Counted from the first letter of the stretch, positions 48,558-58,947 are shown. The stretch: DNA of 64,000 nucleotides from Candidatus Woesearchaeota archaeon (GCA_046704725.1 JBJKRI010000003.1:32001-96000), one strand, 5' to 3'. Numbers and translations: made by a program. Notes: a model not told the origin generated them from the sequence alone.

Positions 48558-49817
48558 GTGGATGTCATAAGGGATATTTGGGAGCTGTATGGAGTGCGCA
48601 GCGACCCTTTTTCAACATCCCCCATTTTGGTGAAGGGAGGAAATATTCCTCCAGATTGTTTTGTAGGTCGTGAGGATGCTATCCGAAGGCTTGGTAAAAT
48701 CATTGGATCCTCGGGGGGATCGAGAACATTGGTATTTGGGGAGACTGGCGTCGGGAAGACCACTTTTGTCAATATTGTCAGGCGGCAGGCAGTGCTAAAC
48801 GGGTATTTTAGTCCATTTAAAGAAATCGCAGTTCAAAGTGACTGGTCTCCTGCTGATTTCATTATGAACACTCTTGCAGCAATCTCTGCAAGCATGCGGG
48901 TGATGGAGCAAAGGCCCATCAGCGACAATACTTGGAACAAACTGGAATCATTGGTTGAACTGAGTTTTTCTGACGGGTCGTTCGGTATTGATGTTGCAGG
49001 TTTTGGAGGGAGTTTTTCGAGGGATAGAAAATCTGGTCGAGCGACGAATCAGCAACTCATGAATTTTCTCAGCGATTTGGTACAGGAAATTCGACAAGAA
49101 ACAGGGCATGACGTTATTGTTCACTATAACAATCTTGAACTATTGGATGAGCGCGATATCAGACGGCTGTTCGAGAATTTGCGAGACTTCTTCCAAACTC
49201 CTAATGTGCACTTCGTTTTTGTAGGAAACCTGTCTGTGAAAGGATACATGCAGAGTATTACTCGTTTTGCGTCAACGATGACAGATACACCCATTCATAT
49301 TGAGACTCTGAATCTTGATGAAATGAAGGAGATTTTAACACGAAGGTTCAATACTCTTCAAATTCCAGGATTGCGGCACGTGCTTCCATATACTCCTGAT
49401 TGTCTTGAAGCACTATTCGATCTCTGGGGTGGTAATGTTCGAAACATCCTGAATAGTCTCTCCACAGCAGTACAAGAACTTACAGAAGAAAAGCCTGTGT
49501 TGATTGATCGAAACTCCTTGGCTGTCACGCTGAACAGCGTTCTTGAAAAACGGTATTTCTCGAAACTTACCCCTCGCCAGAGGGATGTATTGTTGGAGGT
49601 TGTCAAGCGAGAGGAAATCACCAATAAAGGATTATCTGAAATTCTCAAAATGCCTGCATCCCAAGTTTCGACTAACACCAAGGACCTTCTTGAAAAAGGT
49701 TGTATTTATGTAAGGAGGAAGTCCGGCAGAAATAAATTTTGGACGGCCGATTCAATATTAAAGTGGCATCTTCTGAAAGAATCCGATTCATCTCAGAAGA
49801 CGCTAACGCATTACTGA
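48558..49817 (+). CDS. P-loop ATPase with C-terminal winged HTH (AT-rich gene)
   Basis: FVGRE, GETGVGKTT, GNVR, C-terminal LTPRQRDVL...ASQVS...LLEKG. Confidence 0.85.
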   Translation: MDVIRDIWELYGVRSDPFSTSPILVKGGNIPPDCFVGREDAIRRLGKIIGSSGGSRTLVFGETGVGKTTFVNIVRRQAVLNGYFSPFKEIAVQSDWSPADFIMNTLAAISASMRVMEQRPISDNTWNKLESLVELSFSDGSFGIDVAGFGGSFSRDRKSGRATNQQLMNFLSDLVQEIRQETGHDVIVHYNNLELLDERDIRRLFENLRDFFQTPNVHFVFVGNLSVKGYMQSITRFASTMTDTPIHIETLNLDEMKEILTRRFNTLQIPGLRHVLPYTPDCLEALFDLWGGNVRNILNSLSTAVQELTEEKPVLIDRNSLAVTLNSVLEKRYFSKLTPRQRDVLLEVVKREEITNKGLSEILKMPASQVSTNTKDLLEKGCIYVRRKSGRNKFWTADSILKWHLLKESDSSQKTLTHY

Positions 49818-49857
49818 TTCCGCCATCTTCATAAGGCAGCGCTTCCCACACCAGTCC

Positions 49858-50868
49858 ATGACGCCAGACGAACGCTACGCGCTGATCGCGCGCAACACCG
49901 AGGAGATCGTCTCCGAAGACGAGCTCAAGGCGCTCCTGAAGGAGAAGCCGCATCCGCACGCGTATATCGGCTTCGCCTGCACGGGCCGCATGCACATCGG
50001 CTACTTCGTGCCCATCCAGAAGCTCGTGGATTTGCTCAAGGCGGGCTGTGCCGTCACGTTCCTCATCGCCGACCTCCACGGCTATCTCGACGATACCAAG
50101 ACGCCCTGGGAGCTCTTGGACGCGCGCGTCGCCTATTACACGGCCGGCGTGAAGGGTATCCTCGCGGCATTGGACGCGCCCGTGGACAAGGTCAAGTTCG
50201 TGCGGGGAAGCGATTTCGAGCTCGACGGAAAGTACATGCAGTCCGTGCTCCGCATGGCCGGCGACGTCACGCTCAACCGTGCCAAGCGGGCGGCCTCCGA
50301 GGTCGTGCGTTTCAAGGACGACCCCAAGCTCGGCGGTTTCGTCTATCCCCTCCTCCAGATCGAGGACGTCTACGCGTTGAAGGCGGACATCGCCTTCTCG
50401 GGCATCGACCAGCGCGGCATCTACATGCTCGGCCGCGACCTCGCTCCGCGCATGGATCGGGACAAGTACGTCTGCGTCTTCACGCCGCTCATACCGGGAC
50501 TCACAGGCCAGAAGATGTCGGCTTCCGAGCCGGCTTCCAAGATAGACTTGCTCGATGACGCGAAGACCGTCACGCGAAAGGTCAACAAGGCCCATTGCCC
50601 TGCGAAGGAGAAGGAGGGCAATGGCGTGCTCGCCTTCTGCGAGTATGCGTTGTTCCCGCACTTCGACGGCAGGCCGCTGCGTATCGAGCGTCCCGAGAAG
50701 TTCGGCGGCAACGTCGATTTCGTCTCCTACGCAGAGCTGGAGAAGGCGTTCTTATCCGGAGAGCTCCATCCCGCCGACCTCAAGGCCGCTGTCGCAAGAG
50801 AGCTCAATGCCTTGCTCGCTGTCGTGCAGCAGCACATCCCTCCTGACCTGGTCGACAAGGCGTATTAG
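49858..50868 (+). CDS. tyrS: tyrosine--tRNA ligase
   Basis: YIGFACTGRMHIG, IADLH, YPLLQ, GIDQR, KMSAS. Confidence 0.96.
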   Translation: MTPDERYALIARNTEEIVSEDELKALLKEKPHPHAYIGFACTGRMHIGYFVPIQKLVDLLKAGCAVTFLIADLHGYLDDTKTPWELLDARVAYYTAGVKGILAALDAPVDKVKFVRGSDFELDGKYMQSVLRMAGDVTLNRAKRAASEVVRFKDDPKLGGFVYPLLQIEDVYALKADIAFSGIDQRGIYMLGRDLAPRMDRDKYVCVFTPLIPGLTGQKMSASEPASKIDLLDDAKTVTRKVNKAHCPAKEKEGNGVLAFCEYALFPHFDGRPLRIERPEKFGGNVDFVSYAELEKAFLSGELHPADLKAAVARELNALLAVVQQHIPPDLVDKAY

Positions 50869-50919
50869 TTTTTCGGCGCCTCCGAAAAGATTATAAACGT
50901 CCCGTTCCCCAAGAAGAAC

Positions 50920-51126
50920 ATGGATATCAGGGCATTCAGAGACCAACTCCCGCAGTATCGCCACCTGTATCTGCTTTGGACCGGGGCCACCGCGCTCATC
51001 GTGCTGGCGCATTTCGCGCTGCCCGTCTCCCTCACGCTGGGTTTCGGACTACTCGCACTGGGCGCGCTCAACCTCGGCGCGGCGGGTGTGAGCTGTGCAT
51101 ACACTCTGGCGCACACCGCGGGCTGA
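50920..51126 (+). CDS. small two-TM membrane protein
   Basis: TTATAAA upstream; hydrophobic 68-aa ORF. Confidence 0.6.
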   Translation: MDIRAFRDQLPQYRHLYLLWTGATALIVLAHFALPVSLTLGFGLLALGALNLGAAGVSCAYTLAHTAG

Positions 51127-51190
51127 AACCCACGTTTTCGCCGATTCCGGGCACAGCTTTATAAATTACGGACTCTTGCACTAGTACTTC

Positions 51191-52351
51191 ATGCCCACGG
51201 AGGACAAGGAGAAAACCGACGATTCCAAGTCGGTGATGTACGACTATACCGTCAACACCGCCGAGCTCGAGGAGGAGAACCAGCTCCTTCGCCAGAGCAT
51301 CGACCAGCTGCGCGGCGAGGTCGACAGGTTCCGCAGCCCGCCGCTCATGGTCTGCGAGGTGGCAGAGCCGCAGGGCGACGGCTGGATCATCCGCATCCCC
51401 AACGGCAACAAGTTCTTCACCACGGTGAGCGCCGACTGCGGTCCCATCGCTCCCGGCGACACGGTGCTGTGCGAGCAGAAGAACCTCACCATCGTCCAGA
51501 AGATCGGTGCCGACCGCAAGTTCAACGTCGAGCAGTTCACCATCATCAGCAAGCCCGACGTCACCTTCCAGCAGATCGGGGGCCTCGACGAGCAGATCAA
51601 CGAGATCAAGGAGGTCGTTGAGCTCCCGCTCAAGAAGCCCGAGCTCTTCCAGGAGCTCGGTATCGAGCCGCCGCGCGGCATATTGCTCTACGGTGAGCCC
51701 GGCACGGGAAAGACCTTGCTTGCCAAGGCGGTCGCGAACAGCAGCGACGCGACCTTCATCGAGATCGTCGCCTCCGAGCTCGTGCAGAAGTTCATCGGCG
51801 AAGGGGCGAAACTCATCAGCGAGATCTTCGGCATGGCGCGCGAGCGCGCCCCGAGCATCGTCTTCATCGACGAGATCGACGCTTTGGCGTCAAAGCGCAT
51901 CGAGATCGGAACGTCCGGCGAGCGCGAGGTGCAGCGCACCTTCATGCAATTGCTCGCCGAGCTCGATGGCTTCACGCCGCTCGGCCAGGTCAAGATCATC
52001 GCCGCGACCAACCGCAAGGACATCCTCGATCCCGCCATCGTGCGTCCCGGACGCTTCGACCGGCTCATCAACATCCCGCTCCCCGACGAGAAGGGCATCG
52101 AGCGCATCTTCAAGATCCACACGCGCGCCATGAAGCTCGACAAGGATATCATCATCCCTTCATTGGTCCGCCGTTTGTGCGAGCAGGAGTTCTCGGGAGC
52201 GGAGATCAAGGCCGTCGCGACAGAGGCCGGCTACCTCGCCATCCGCGACGGGCGTCTCATGGTCAACCAGCACGATTTCGAGCAGGCCATCGAGCGCGTC
52301 ATCCGCATCGAGGAAGAGGAAGGCGGCGACTACATGCGCATGTTCGGCTAG
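51191..52351 (+). CDS. pan: proteasome-activating nucleotidase
   Basis: Coiled coil + OB; GEPGTGKT, FIDEID, GEREVQRT, RPGRFDR; terminal MFG. Confidence 0.96.
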   Translation: MPTEDKEKTDDSKSVMYDYTVNTAELEEENQLLRQSIDQLRGEVDRFRSPPLMVCEVAEPQGDGWIIRIPNGNKFFTTVSADCGPIAPGDTVLCEQKNLTIVQKIGADRKFNVEQFTIISKPDVTFQQIGGLDEQINEIKEVVELPLKKPELFQELGIEPPRGILLYGEPGTGKTLLAKAVANSSDATFIEIVASELVQKFIGEGAKLISEIFGMARERAPSIVFIDEIDALASKRIEIGTSGEREVQRTFMQLLAELDGFTPLGQVKIIAATNRKDILDPAIVRPGRFDRLINIPLPDEKGIERIFKIHTRAMKLDKDIIIPSLVRRLCEQEFSGAEIKAVATEAGYLAIRDGRLMVNQHDFEQAIERVIRIEEEEGGDYMRMFG

Positions 52352-52986
52352 AGCCGCTCCAGCACCTTCACGAGATTCCGCAGGTCCGACGAATCCACGA
52401 CGTGCGTCGCCGCGCGGCGCAGCTCGTCCGACTCGCTGTTGAAGGCGACCGAGCAGCCGACGATGCGGAACGCTTCGAGATCCTTCAACGTGTCGCCGAC
52501 GTACACGACCTCCGATAATGGGATGTTGAGATCTTCGCTGAGATGCTGTACGATTCGAGCCTTCTCCTGCGTCCCTTCCGCGACGAGGCCATGGAACTCG
52601 CCGGAGATCTTGCCGTCCCTGATGATGAGCTCGTTCGCGAAGAAATGGTCCACGACGAAGTTCCGGTCAATCCGCCGCGCGGCGTGCATGCTCCCGGCGC
52701 TCACGATCGCCGAGACGATATCGCGCTCGTGTATGAACGCGAACAATGCCTTGATCCCTCGCATGTAGGGCATGGATTCGATGAGATTGAGGTATGGTTG
52801 CGCTTCGCGACCTTTCCAGAGGCGTCCGACGACCTCGGCGACGAGACGGTCGTAGTCCGCTTCCAGGTATCGCTGCGTGAGCGCATCTCCCTCCGCGAGC
52901 GTGCCGAAGGCCTTGTGCGCCTCCATCCAGATATTGCGCCGGTCATCGATGAGGACGCCGTCCATGTCAAGGCAGATGAGCCGCAT
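52348..52986 (-). CDS. HAD-IB phosphatase (phosphoserine phosphatase-like)
   Basis: DMDGVL, IVSAG, FANEL, YVGDTLKD. Confidence 0.9.
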   Translation of the reverse strand: MRLICLDMDGVLIDDRRNIWMEAHKAFGTLAEGDALTQRYLEADYDRLVAEVVGRLWKGREAQPYLNLIESMPYMRGIKALFAFIHERDIVSAIVSAGSMHAARRIDRNFVVDHFFANELIIRDGKISGEFHGLVAEGTQEKARIVQHLSEDLNIPLSEVVYVGDTLKDLEAFRIVGCSVAFNSESDELRRAATHVVDSSDLRNLVKVLERL

Positions 52987-53036
52987 ATCCGTTCGGAGAA
53001 GGATAGCGATATAAGGGTGTCGGGATTCGTCCGTGC

Positions 53037-53927
53037 ATGCGACTGTTGATCGTCGGCGACCTGCACGGCGCCATGCCAGAGCTCTCCACGACCGATGTCG
53101 ATGCTATCATCGCTCCGGGGGATTTCTGTCTCGACAAGGACATCCGTCCCTACGTGCTGCAGGCCTACCGGGCATATCTCGACGGGACCGACGACAAGGA
53201 ATGGTGGGAGATACCTCCGCTCGATGAGGCAAAGCGCATCGCGCGGGCATCCGCCGACGCCGGGCGTGCCATCCTCGAGCGTCTCGATAGCGTGGGCGTC
53301 CCGGTCTTTGTCATCCCGGGGAACTGGGATTTCACGGGCACGAACATTGATAGCGAGGCGAACGAGCATCTCTTCGGCTTCGACCCGTGGGAGGAGCTTC
53401 TGCTGCCCGGATTGAGGAACGTGCGCGACGCCGATCGCCGAGCCCTGCCGCTCGACGGCTTCACGATCATCGGCTATGGGCGCGTGAACGGTCCCGAACT
53501 CCTCGAGCACCGCGGCTATGATGACGAGGAAGCCGAGGAGGAGGCCCGCGCCGACTATGAAGAACTCAAAGAAGAGTATGATACATTGTTCAAGAAAGCC
53601 AAGGGCCCGACCATCCTGCTCTCGCACAACGTGCCGTACGATACGCCGCTCGACGCGATAGACAATCCCGACTCTCCCAAGAACGGCGAGCACTACGGCT
53701 CGAACCTCGCGCGCTATCTCATCGAGGAGCACCATCCGCTCCTCTGCGTCGCTGGGCATATGCACGAGCACTTCGGACGCTACGACCTCGACGGAACGGT
53801 CTGTATCAACTCCGGTTTCGGCGGCAAGGTCAACACGCTTGTCACCACCGAGGACGGCAAGGTGACCGACGTGACATTCGTGGGAAAGAGCGCGGTCCCC
53901 GGCCACGAGGACGCGAAGGTCTACTGA
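53037..53927 (+). CDS. calcineurin-like metallophosphoesterase
   Basis: GDLHG, GDF, PGNWD, SHNVP, GHMHE. Confidence 0.93.
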   Translation: MRLLIVGDLHGAMPELSTTDVDAIIAPGDFCLDKDIRPYVLQAYRAYLDGTDDKEWWEIPPLDEAKRIARASADAGRAILERLDSVGVPVFVIPGNWDFTGTNIDSEANEHLFGFDPWEELLLPGLRNVRDADRRALPLDGFTIIGYGRVNGPELLEHRGYDDEEAEEEARADYEELKEEYDTLFKKAKGPTILLSHNVPYDTPLDAIDNPDSPKNGEHYGSNLARYLIEEHHPLLCVAGHMHEHFGRYDLDGTVCINSGFGGKVNTLVTTEDGKVTDVTFVGKSAVPGHEDAKVY

Positions 53928-53975
53928 GCGTTGAACCTATTGAATGGGATTGCCGTTGTGGAATGATCGGGGCGA

Positions 53976-54518
53976 TCAATCGGTCGGGTAGAGCGCTTCC
54001 AGCAATTCCGGGAAGTATTCGTGCGGGACGATGAGATTCTTTGGATCCGTGCTCTTGATGAGGATCTTGAACTCTGAAAGAGAGAGCCAACGGACCTCAG
54101 CGACCTCTTCTTCTTGGAGCTGAAGGTCATCAGGATTGCCTTTCCAACGGAGCAGGAATACGTAGTTGAACTCGTTGTTGATCCAATCAGGACGAGGGCG
54201 CGTTTCACTACGGTGGACGAAAAGCTGCTTGAGCTCGTCGGGAGAGACGGAGATCCCGAGCTCTTCGTTGAGCTCGCGCACGCCGGAGGTTCGTGCATCC
54301 TCTCCCGCGCTGATGTGGCCCGCAGCGCTGATGTCCCAATACCCGGGATGGCTCGGTTTTACATATGCGCGTCTCTGGAGAAGGATGTCTCCATCGTGAT
54401 TCTGGATCCAGATGTGGACTGTGCGGTGCCATATGCCGTCACGGTGGGCGATCGATTTGGGTGTCGTCTCCCCTGTGAGTTGGCCGTATTTATCCAAGAC
54501 GTCGATGATCTCCTCCAT
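53976..54518 (-). CDS. NUDIX hydrolase, type 1 IPP isomerase-like
   Basis: HRDGIWHRTVH, LLQRR, WDISAAGH, RELNEELG, LQEEEV. Confidence 0.88.
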   Translation of the reverse strand: MEEIIDVLDKYGQLTGETTPKSIAHRDGIWHRTVHIWIQNHDGDILLQRRAYVKPSHPGYWDISAAGHISAGEDARTSGVRELNEELGISVSPDELKQLFVHRSETRPRPDWINNEFNYVFLLRWKGNPDDLQLQEEEVAEVRWLSLSEFKILIKSTDPKNLIVPHEYFPELLEALYPTD

Positions 54519-54547
54519 GACCGGCGATTGGAGTGTCACTTCATAAA

Positions 54548-55555
54548 TCAATCGACACGGATGTCCAGCGACCAGCGGTGCACGCCAGGGGCGAGATTGC
54601 CGCAGCGCTGGATGTGCTCGACCTTGCCGGCTCTCCCCAGCTGACGGAGCCGTTCGGTAATCGTCTTTGCGAAAGCCTCCACTTCCTCCGCTGTCGCGAA
54701 GTGGTAGAGATGGATCATCCCGTTCTCCTTCGTGGCAGGCACTGCCACATCGAGGAAGTCCTCGGCCGTGTGCGGCAAGGGCATCGCGATGCGGTCGAAC
54801 TGCCCGAGTTCGGGAACGATGACGCGCACGTCCCCCTGCAACGCCTTCGTCTTTTTCTCGACGTGGTTCTTGACGATGTTCTGCTCTGCATATCGATGCG
54901 CATCCTCGTTCAGCTCCACGCCGATGACCTCGCTCGCCTCCGTGTGCTTGGCGATCACCAAGGTGAACGGCCCGATGCCGCTGAACATGACGAGCACGCG
55001 TTCGCCCGGCCGCACCAGTGACGCGACGCGCTTTCTCTCCGTGGATGATCGCACCGAGTAGTAGGTCTTCCTGATATCCAAGCGCATGCGCACGCCGTTC
55101 TCGGTCACCGTCGTCTCGAAGCGATCCTCTCCTGCGAGGTGCACGTATTCCTGCAGCCGCAGCTCCCCCTCGTGCTTTCCCGCTTTGCGCACGACGACCT
55201 TCACCGACGGGTACAATGACAGCAGCGTCTCGCCGATGAGCTTCTCCTTGCTGCGCAGCTCCTCGTCGACCTCCATGATCGCGATGTCCCCGACTAGGTC
55301 GTACGCCGTCTTCAATCGCGAGAGCTCTTCCGCGCTCAATTTTTCCGACAATTCGGTGCGCAGGTCGGTGCTCGTCTCGACCTGCTCTAGCTCCGCATCA
55401 ACCGTCCCGTAGCCTTCCGGTTCTCTCATGACAGGAATGAGGAACGAATCCCTCTCCTTGCGAGGCTTTCTCGAGAAGTCGATGACCCCTTCTGCCTGCA
55501 ATTCCTTGCGCACCCGCTCAGCATCCTTGAGCCGCACGCGCACCGCGAGTCCCAT
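54548..55555 (-). CDS. trm5: Trm5/Tyw2 (Met-10+) tRNA methyltransferase
   Basis: YDLVGDIAI, ENGVRMRLD, MFSGIGPF, ELN, DRIAMPLP. Confidence 0.9.
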   Translation of the reverse strand: MGLAVRVRLKDAERVRKELQAEGVIDFSRKPRKERDSFLIPVMREPEGYGTVDAELEQVETSTDLRTELSEKLSAEELSRLKTAYDLVGDIAIMEVDEELRSKEKLIGETLLSLYPSVKVVVRKAGKHEGELRLQEYVHLAGEDRFETTVTENGVRMRLDIRKTYYSVRSSTERKRVASLVRPGERVLVMFSGIGPFTLVIAKHTEASEVIGVELNEDAHRYAEQNIVKNHVEKKTKALQGDVRVIVPELGQFDRIAMPLPHTAEDFLDVAVPATKENGMIHLYHFATAEEVEAFAKTITERLRQLGRAGKVEHIQRCGNLAPGVHRWSLDIRVD

Positions 55556-55586
55556 TGTTCTTCGGAAAGGAGCTGCCTATAAGAAG

Positions 55587-56453
55587 CTACACGATGAGGA
55601 TCACGCCGGCGACCATGATGGCGCAGCCGAGCGTCTTTCTCCACACGCCGTCCTCGTGGAACAATCGGCCGCCCAGTATCGTCTCCATGAGGGTCGCTGT
55701 CCGTCTGATGGGTATCGCCAGCGAGATGAGCGCTCCGGGAAGCGCGATGGCTGAGTAGAACAGGCTGATGTCCGTGATCGCTGCCGCGGCGCTGAACAAG
55801 AGCCAGAACCATCCTTTGCGCAGGTCTCGTGCGACCCCGCGCAAGCGGTACTTGGCATAGTTCGCGCCCAGGCTGATGAGTGCTGTGAACAAGTAGAGCC
55901 AGAATAGGTAGGTGAACACGGGCACTCCCACGCGTGTCAGGAAGGTCTTGTCCACCATGGACTGCACGGAGAGCAATACAAGGACGAGGAACACCAGTCC
56001 GGTGTACGGGTGTTTTCGGAGCGTCTTGAGCGGACGCAGAACGTGTCCCCTGCGGGCGTCGAGCAGGTATCCTCCCGCGGCGATCAATAGGATGCCGCCG
56101 ATCTGTATGATGGCGGGGTGCTCTCCCAGCAGGATGACCGCCAGTGGCAGCAAGACGATGGGCGAGATGTTCCACAATGGTGCGACCGTGCTTATCGGCA
56201 AGTGCCGCACCGCCCGGTTCTTGTAGACGAGCAATGTGGCGAGCAGGGCAGCCGAGCCGACGATCGCGAGGAGCACCGGCCATGACGGTATCGATACGAG
56301 CGGTATGAGAAACAAGAGGATGAGCAGCCGGAACGGCGCTTCAGCAGCGACCTGCTCCATCGGGTGTTCGTGGTTAAGGATGTGTTTGCGCACGAGGTCG
56401 CCGAGCGCGACGGCGAGCGCCGAGAATCCCGCGAGAATGTACCATTGGACCAC
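55587..56453 (-). CDS. EamA/DMT family transporter
   Basis: About 10 TM segments in two repeats; PISTVAPL, ILLGE, LFHE. Confidence 0.9.
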   Translation of the reverse strand: MVQWYILAGFSALAVALGDLVRKHILNHEHPMEQVAAEAPFRLLILLFLIPLVSIPSWPVLLAIVGSAALLATLLVYKNRAVRHLPISTVAPLWNISPIVLLPLAVILLGEHPAIIQIGGILLIAAGGYLLDARRGHVLRPLKTLRKHPYTGLVFLVLVLLSVQSMVDKTFLTRVGVPVFTYLFWLYLFTALISLGANYAKYRLRGVARDLRKGWFWLLFSAAAAITDISLFYSAIALPGALISLAIPIRRTATLMETILGGRLFHEDGVWRKTLGCAIMVAGVILIV

Positions 56454-56496
56454 GTGCTCACCTGTCTCTTGCCCCCGGACGCTCCTTTAAAAGTCT

Positions 56497-57522
56497 TTAG
56501 AAGTATTCTCCTAGTCCGCGCTGCTGGCGAGCGGTCGTCAGCTTTCCGAGCGTGTCGTCCACGCGCTTCGCGCTGAACTCGAAGCGTTCCACGAGAAGAG
56601 CGTGCGCCTTGTCGCGGTCGGGCTGTCCCCACACCACGCTGTAGTCGTCTGTCACCGGCATGTGCGCGATGATATCGTAGACCTCTTTCCAGTCCACGTC
56701 CTGGTGCGCTTCCCATTGCGCTTCTTCGAAGATCGCCTTCAGGTCCTCGCCGTGCTCGCGCACGAGCTTCAGGCTCTTCTTCGGTCCGAGCCCCTTGATG
56801 CCTCCAGGATTGAAGTCCGTCCCGACGAGCATTCCGAGCGCGATCAATTGCTTGTGCGATATCTGCAACCGCGCGAGTTCCGTGGAGAGCGTGATGACCT
56901 CGGGGTGCACGGTGTAGTACGCGCTCGTCCCAGGTCGCTTGCGGCGTCCGGTGATGGAGAGGTTCTTGAGCATGCGTGGCGCGCCGAACAAGAGACAGTC
57001 CATGTCCTGGCTCCCGACGTACTCTGCGTCCCCGCGCTTGACCATGTGCGCCGCTTGCGCCTCGGCCTCCGCGGGCGCCTGCACCCACGGTATGCCTAAC
57101 GCTTCAAGCAGCTGTTGCGATTCGCGCACCATGGCGCGCGTCAATACAGCGGTCCTCCCGGCGTACTTGCGCATGCCTTCGATGTCCTCGCTCTTCACGG
57201 CTTCTTGGTGGAGACGGGCGGCTTCCTGCTTGATCTCCTTCCGCCGTTCGCGCTCCCGATGCTTGAGAACGGGTGTCTTGCCGTCGTAGACGAAGACCAA
57301 TCGCAGGTTGCTCTCCAGCAATGTGCTCACGCGCGCGAACAGTCCGACAAGGTGGCTGGTCACCTCTCCCTTGCTGTTCTTGAGCGGGGTCCCGTCACGC
57401 ATGCGTATCGTGGTGAGGAACTGGTAGAGCATGTTGAACGCGTCCACCGCGATGACGCGGTGCGCGAGCTCTCCGAGCTGTATCTCCTCTCCGTGCAGGA
57501 TGCTGCTAATTGCGACTCCCAA
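56497..57522 (-). CDS. fen: flap endonuclease 1
   Basis: DAFNMLYQFL, EAEAQAA, SQDMD, GTDFNPGG, PIP box QRGLGEYF. Confidence 0.97.
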   Translation of the reverse strand: MGVAISSILHGEEIQLGELAHRVIAVDAFNMLYQFLTTIRMRDGTPLKNSKGEVTSHLVGLFARVSTLLESNLRLVFVYDGKTPVLKHRERERRKEIKQEAARLHQEAVKSEDIEGMRKYAGRTAVLTRAMVRESQQLLEALGIPWVQAPAEAEAQAAHMVKRGDAEYVGSQDMDCLLFGAPRMLKNLSITGRRKRPGTSAYYTVHPEVITLSTELARLQISHKQLIALGMLVGTDFNPGGIKGLGPKKSLKLVREHGEDLKAIFEEAQWEAHQDVDWKEVYDIIAHMPVTDDYSVVWGQPDRDKAHALLVERFEFSAKRVDDTLGKLTTARQQRGLGEYF

Positions 57523-58405
57523 TCTCCACCACCGTGATTTCCTGCAGTTCTTTCGCCTTTTTCGCTTTTTGGGTGACCTGCCCTGTCGTCACGTACAATG
57601 CGGGGAGCATCCGTCTTTTCGCCGCGAGGATAGCCGCCGCCAGATCCCCGTCGGAGGAGCGCTTCTTGCTGCGTGCCTTGCAGAAATACGTGATATCCCC
57701 CACAGGTGTCGGCATGCGCACGACGCATTCGACGTCGCTGTCCTTTCGCACCTCGTTGAACTCCTCGACATGGATGCCTCTCTTGCTGAAGTAATCGAGC
57801 AGGCGCTTGCCGAAAGCGCTCTGCGCTGTGACCTCTTGCGGCAGGTGCTGCTGTGCCGCGCCCTTCGGCATTTTCGGCTGCGGTTTCGGCTTTTCGACGG
57901 GTTTCGCTGCGACCTTCGGTTGCGGCTTCGTCTCCGGCGCTGCCGGCTCGGGTTTCGTCTTGCCGAGCATCGCGCGGATGCGCTGCCCCGCTTCTTCTGA
58001 AGGCAGAAGGAACCACCGGTAGAAGGTCTCTTCCTCCTGTCCGGTCTTGACCTGTATGGGGATGGCGAAGTCGGGCGTGTTCTTGAGGCAGACGCGTGTG
58101 AGCGGTTCTTCTTGTACCGGCCGCAACACGCCTTCTGTTCTCAGGCGTTCTGCCACCCGTCGCTCTTTCTCGTTGAGATGCTTGGCCAGCTCGGCGACCT
58201 TCGGCCGTTGCTCTGGCGTGTAGTAGAAGCTGCTCGAGCCGAGCTTGACGTTCGTCCGCCGCAGCGTCCCTTTCTGCGTGAGGTCGGACAGGTACACGCT
58301 GATGAGCGTGCTGTCCGGCTGCTCCAGAGCCTTCCGGATGTCGTTGGGGATGATGGGTCCGCGCTGCCGCACCACGGCAAGGACTTGTTCGGACGTCAGG
58401 GGCAT
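57506..58405 (-). CDS. hypothetical protein: wHTH-like N-terminus, K/P linker, restriction-endonuclease-like C-terminus
   Basis: GPIIPNDIRK, YLSDL, GSSSFYY; KPQPKVAAKP linker; YFCKARSKK. Confidence 0.75.
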   Translation of the reverse strand: MPLTSEQVLAVVRQRGPIIPNDIRKALEQPDSTLISVYLSDLTQKGTLRRTNVKLGSSSFYYTPEQRPKVAELAKHLNEKERRVAERLRTEGVLRPVQEEPLTRVCLKNTPDFAIPIQVKTGQEEETFYRWFLLPSEEAGQRIRAMLGKTKPEPAAPETKPQPKVAAKPVEKPKPQPKMPKGAAQQHLPQEVTAQSAFGKRLLDYFSKRGIHVEEFNEVRKDSDVECVVRMPTPVGDITYFCKARSKKRSSDGDLAAAILAAKRRMLPALYVTTGQVTQKAKKAKELQEITVVEIGSRN

Positions 58406-58442
58406 GCTTCAACCACCTGCCACGCCCTTTTATCGGTTGTGG

Positions 58443-58931
58443 TCAGAATCGCGTGTCGCTTGGCAATAGGTGGGTATGGTTGTTGCTCTGCCGGCGCACG
58501 CCGTATGTGCGACTCACCGCATGCCTGTCTGTGAAGGGGACGATCTCTTGCTTCAATGCCTCCACGGCGCGTGCGCGATCAGTGAACAGGAGGACCTTTC
58601 TGGGGTTCCTCGCGCCATAGCACACGACCGCGTCCTGTCCGACCGCTTCGTGGATGAGTGCGCTGAGGTGTGCTCTATCGATTTGTGCTAATCGATCGTT
58701 CTTCGGGCTAGCCGCTTCGTCGGCGATGTCCAGGCTCCCACGGTTGTAGCGCTGTCGCAATGCATCGCGTACCGCCGAGAGCGAGATGTAGGGTGTTTGT
58801 CCGCGGTCCAGCCATGCCTCTACGACCTCCCCGATTCTTTGGTGGTGTTTCTTGAGTCCTCCGTGCCGGGGAATTCCTGCTTGGGAGAGTTCGGCAACCA
58901 GCTCTTCGATGACCATGTTGTATTTACTCAA
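58443..58931 (-). CDS. hypothetical protein
   Basis: 162-aa ORF downstream of endA. Confidence 0.5.
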   Translation of the reverse strand: MSKYNMVIEELVAELSQAGIPRHGGLKKHHQRIGEVVEAWLDRGQTPYISLSAVRDALRQRYNRGSLDIADEAASPKNDRLAQIDRAHLSALIHEAVGQDAVVCYGARNPRKVLLFTDRARAVEALKQEIVPFTDRHAVSRTYGVRRQSNNHTHLLPSDTRF

Positions 58932-58947
58932 AAGTAGTATATATTTC

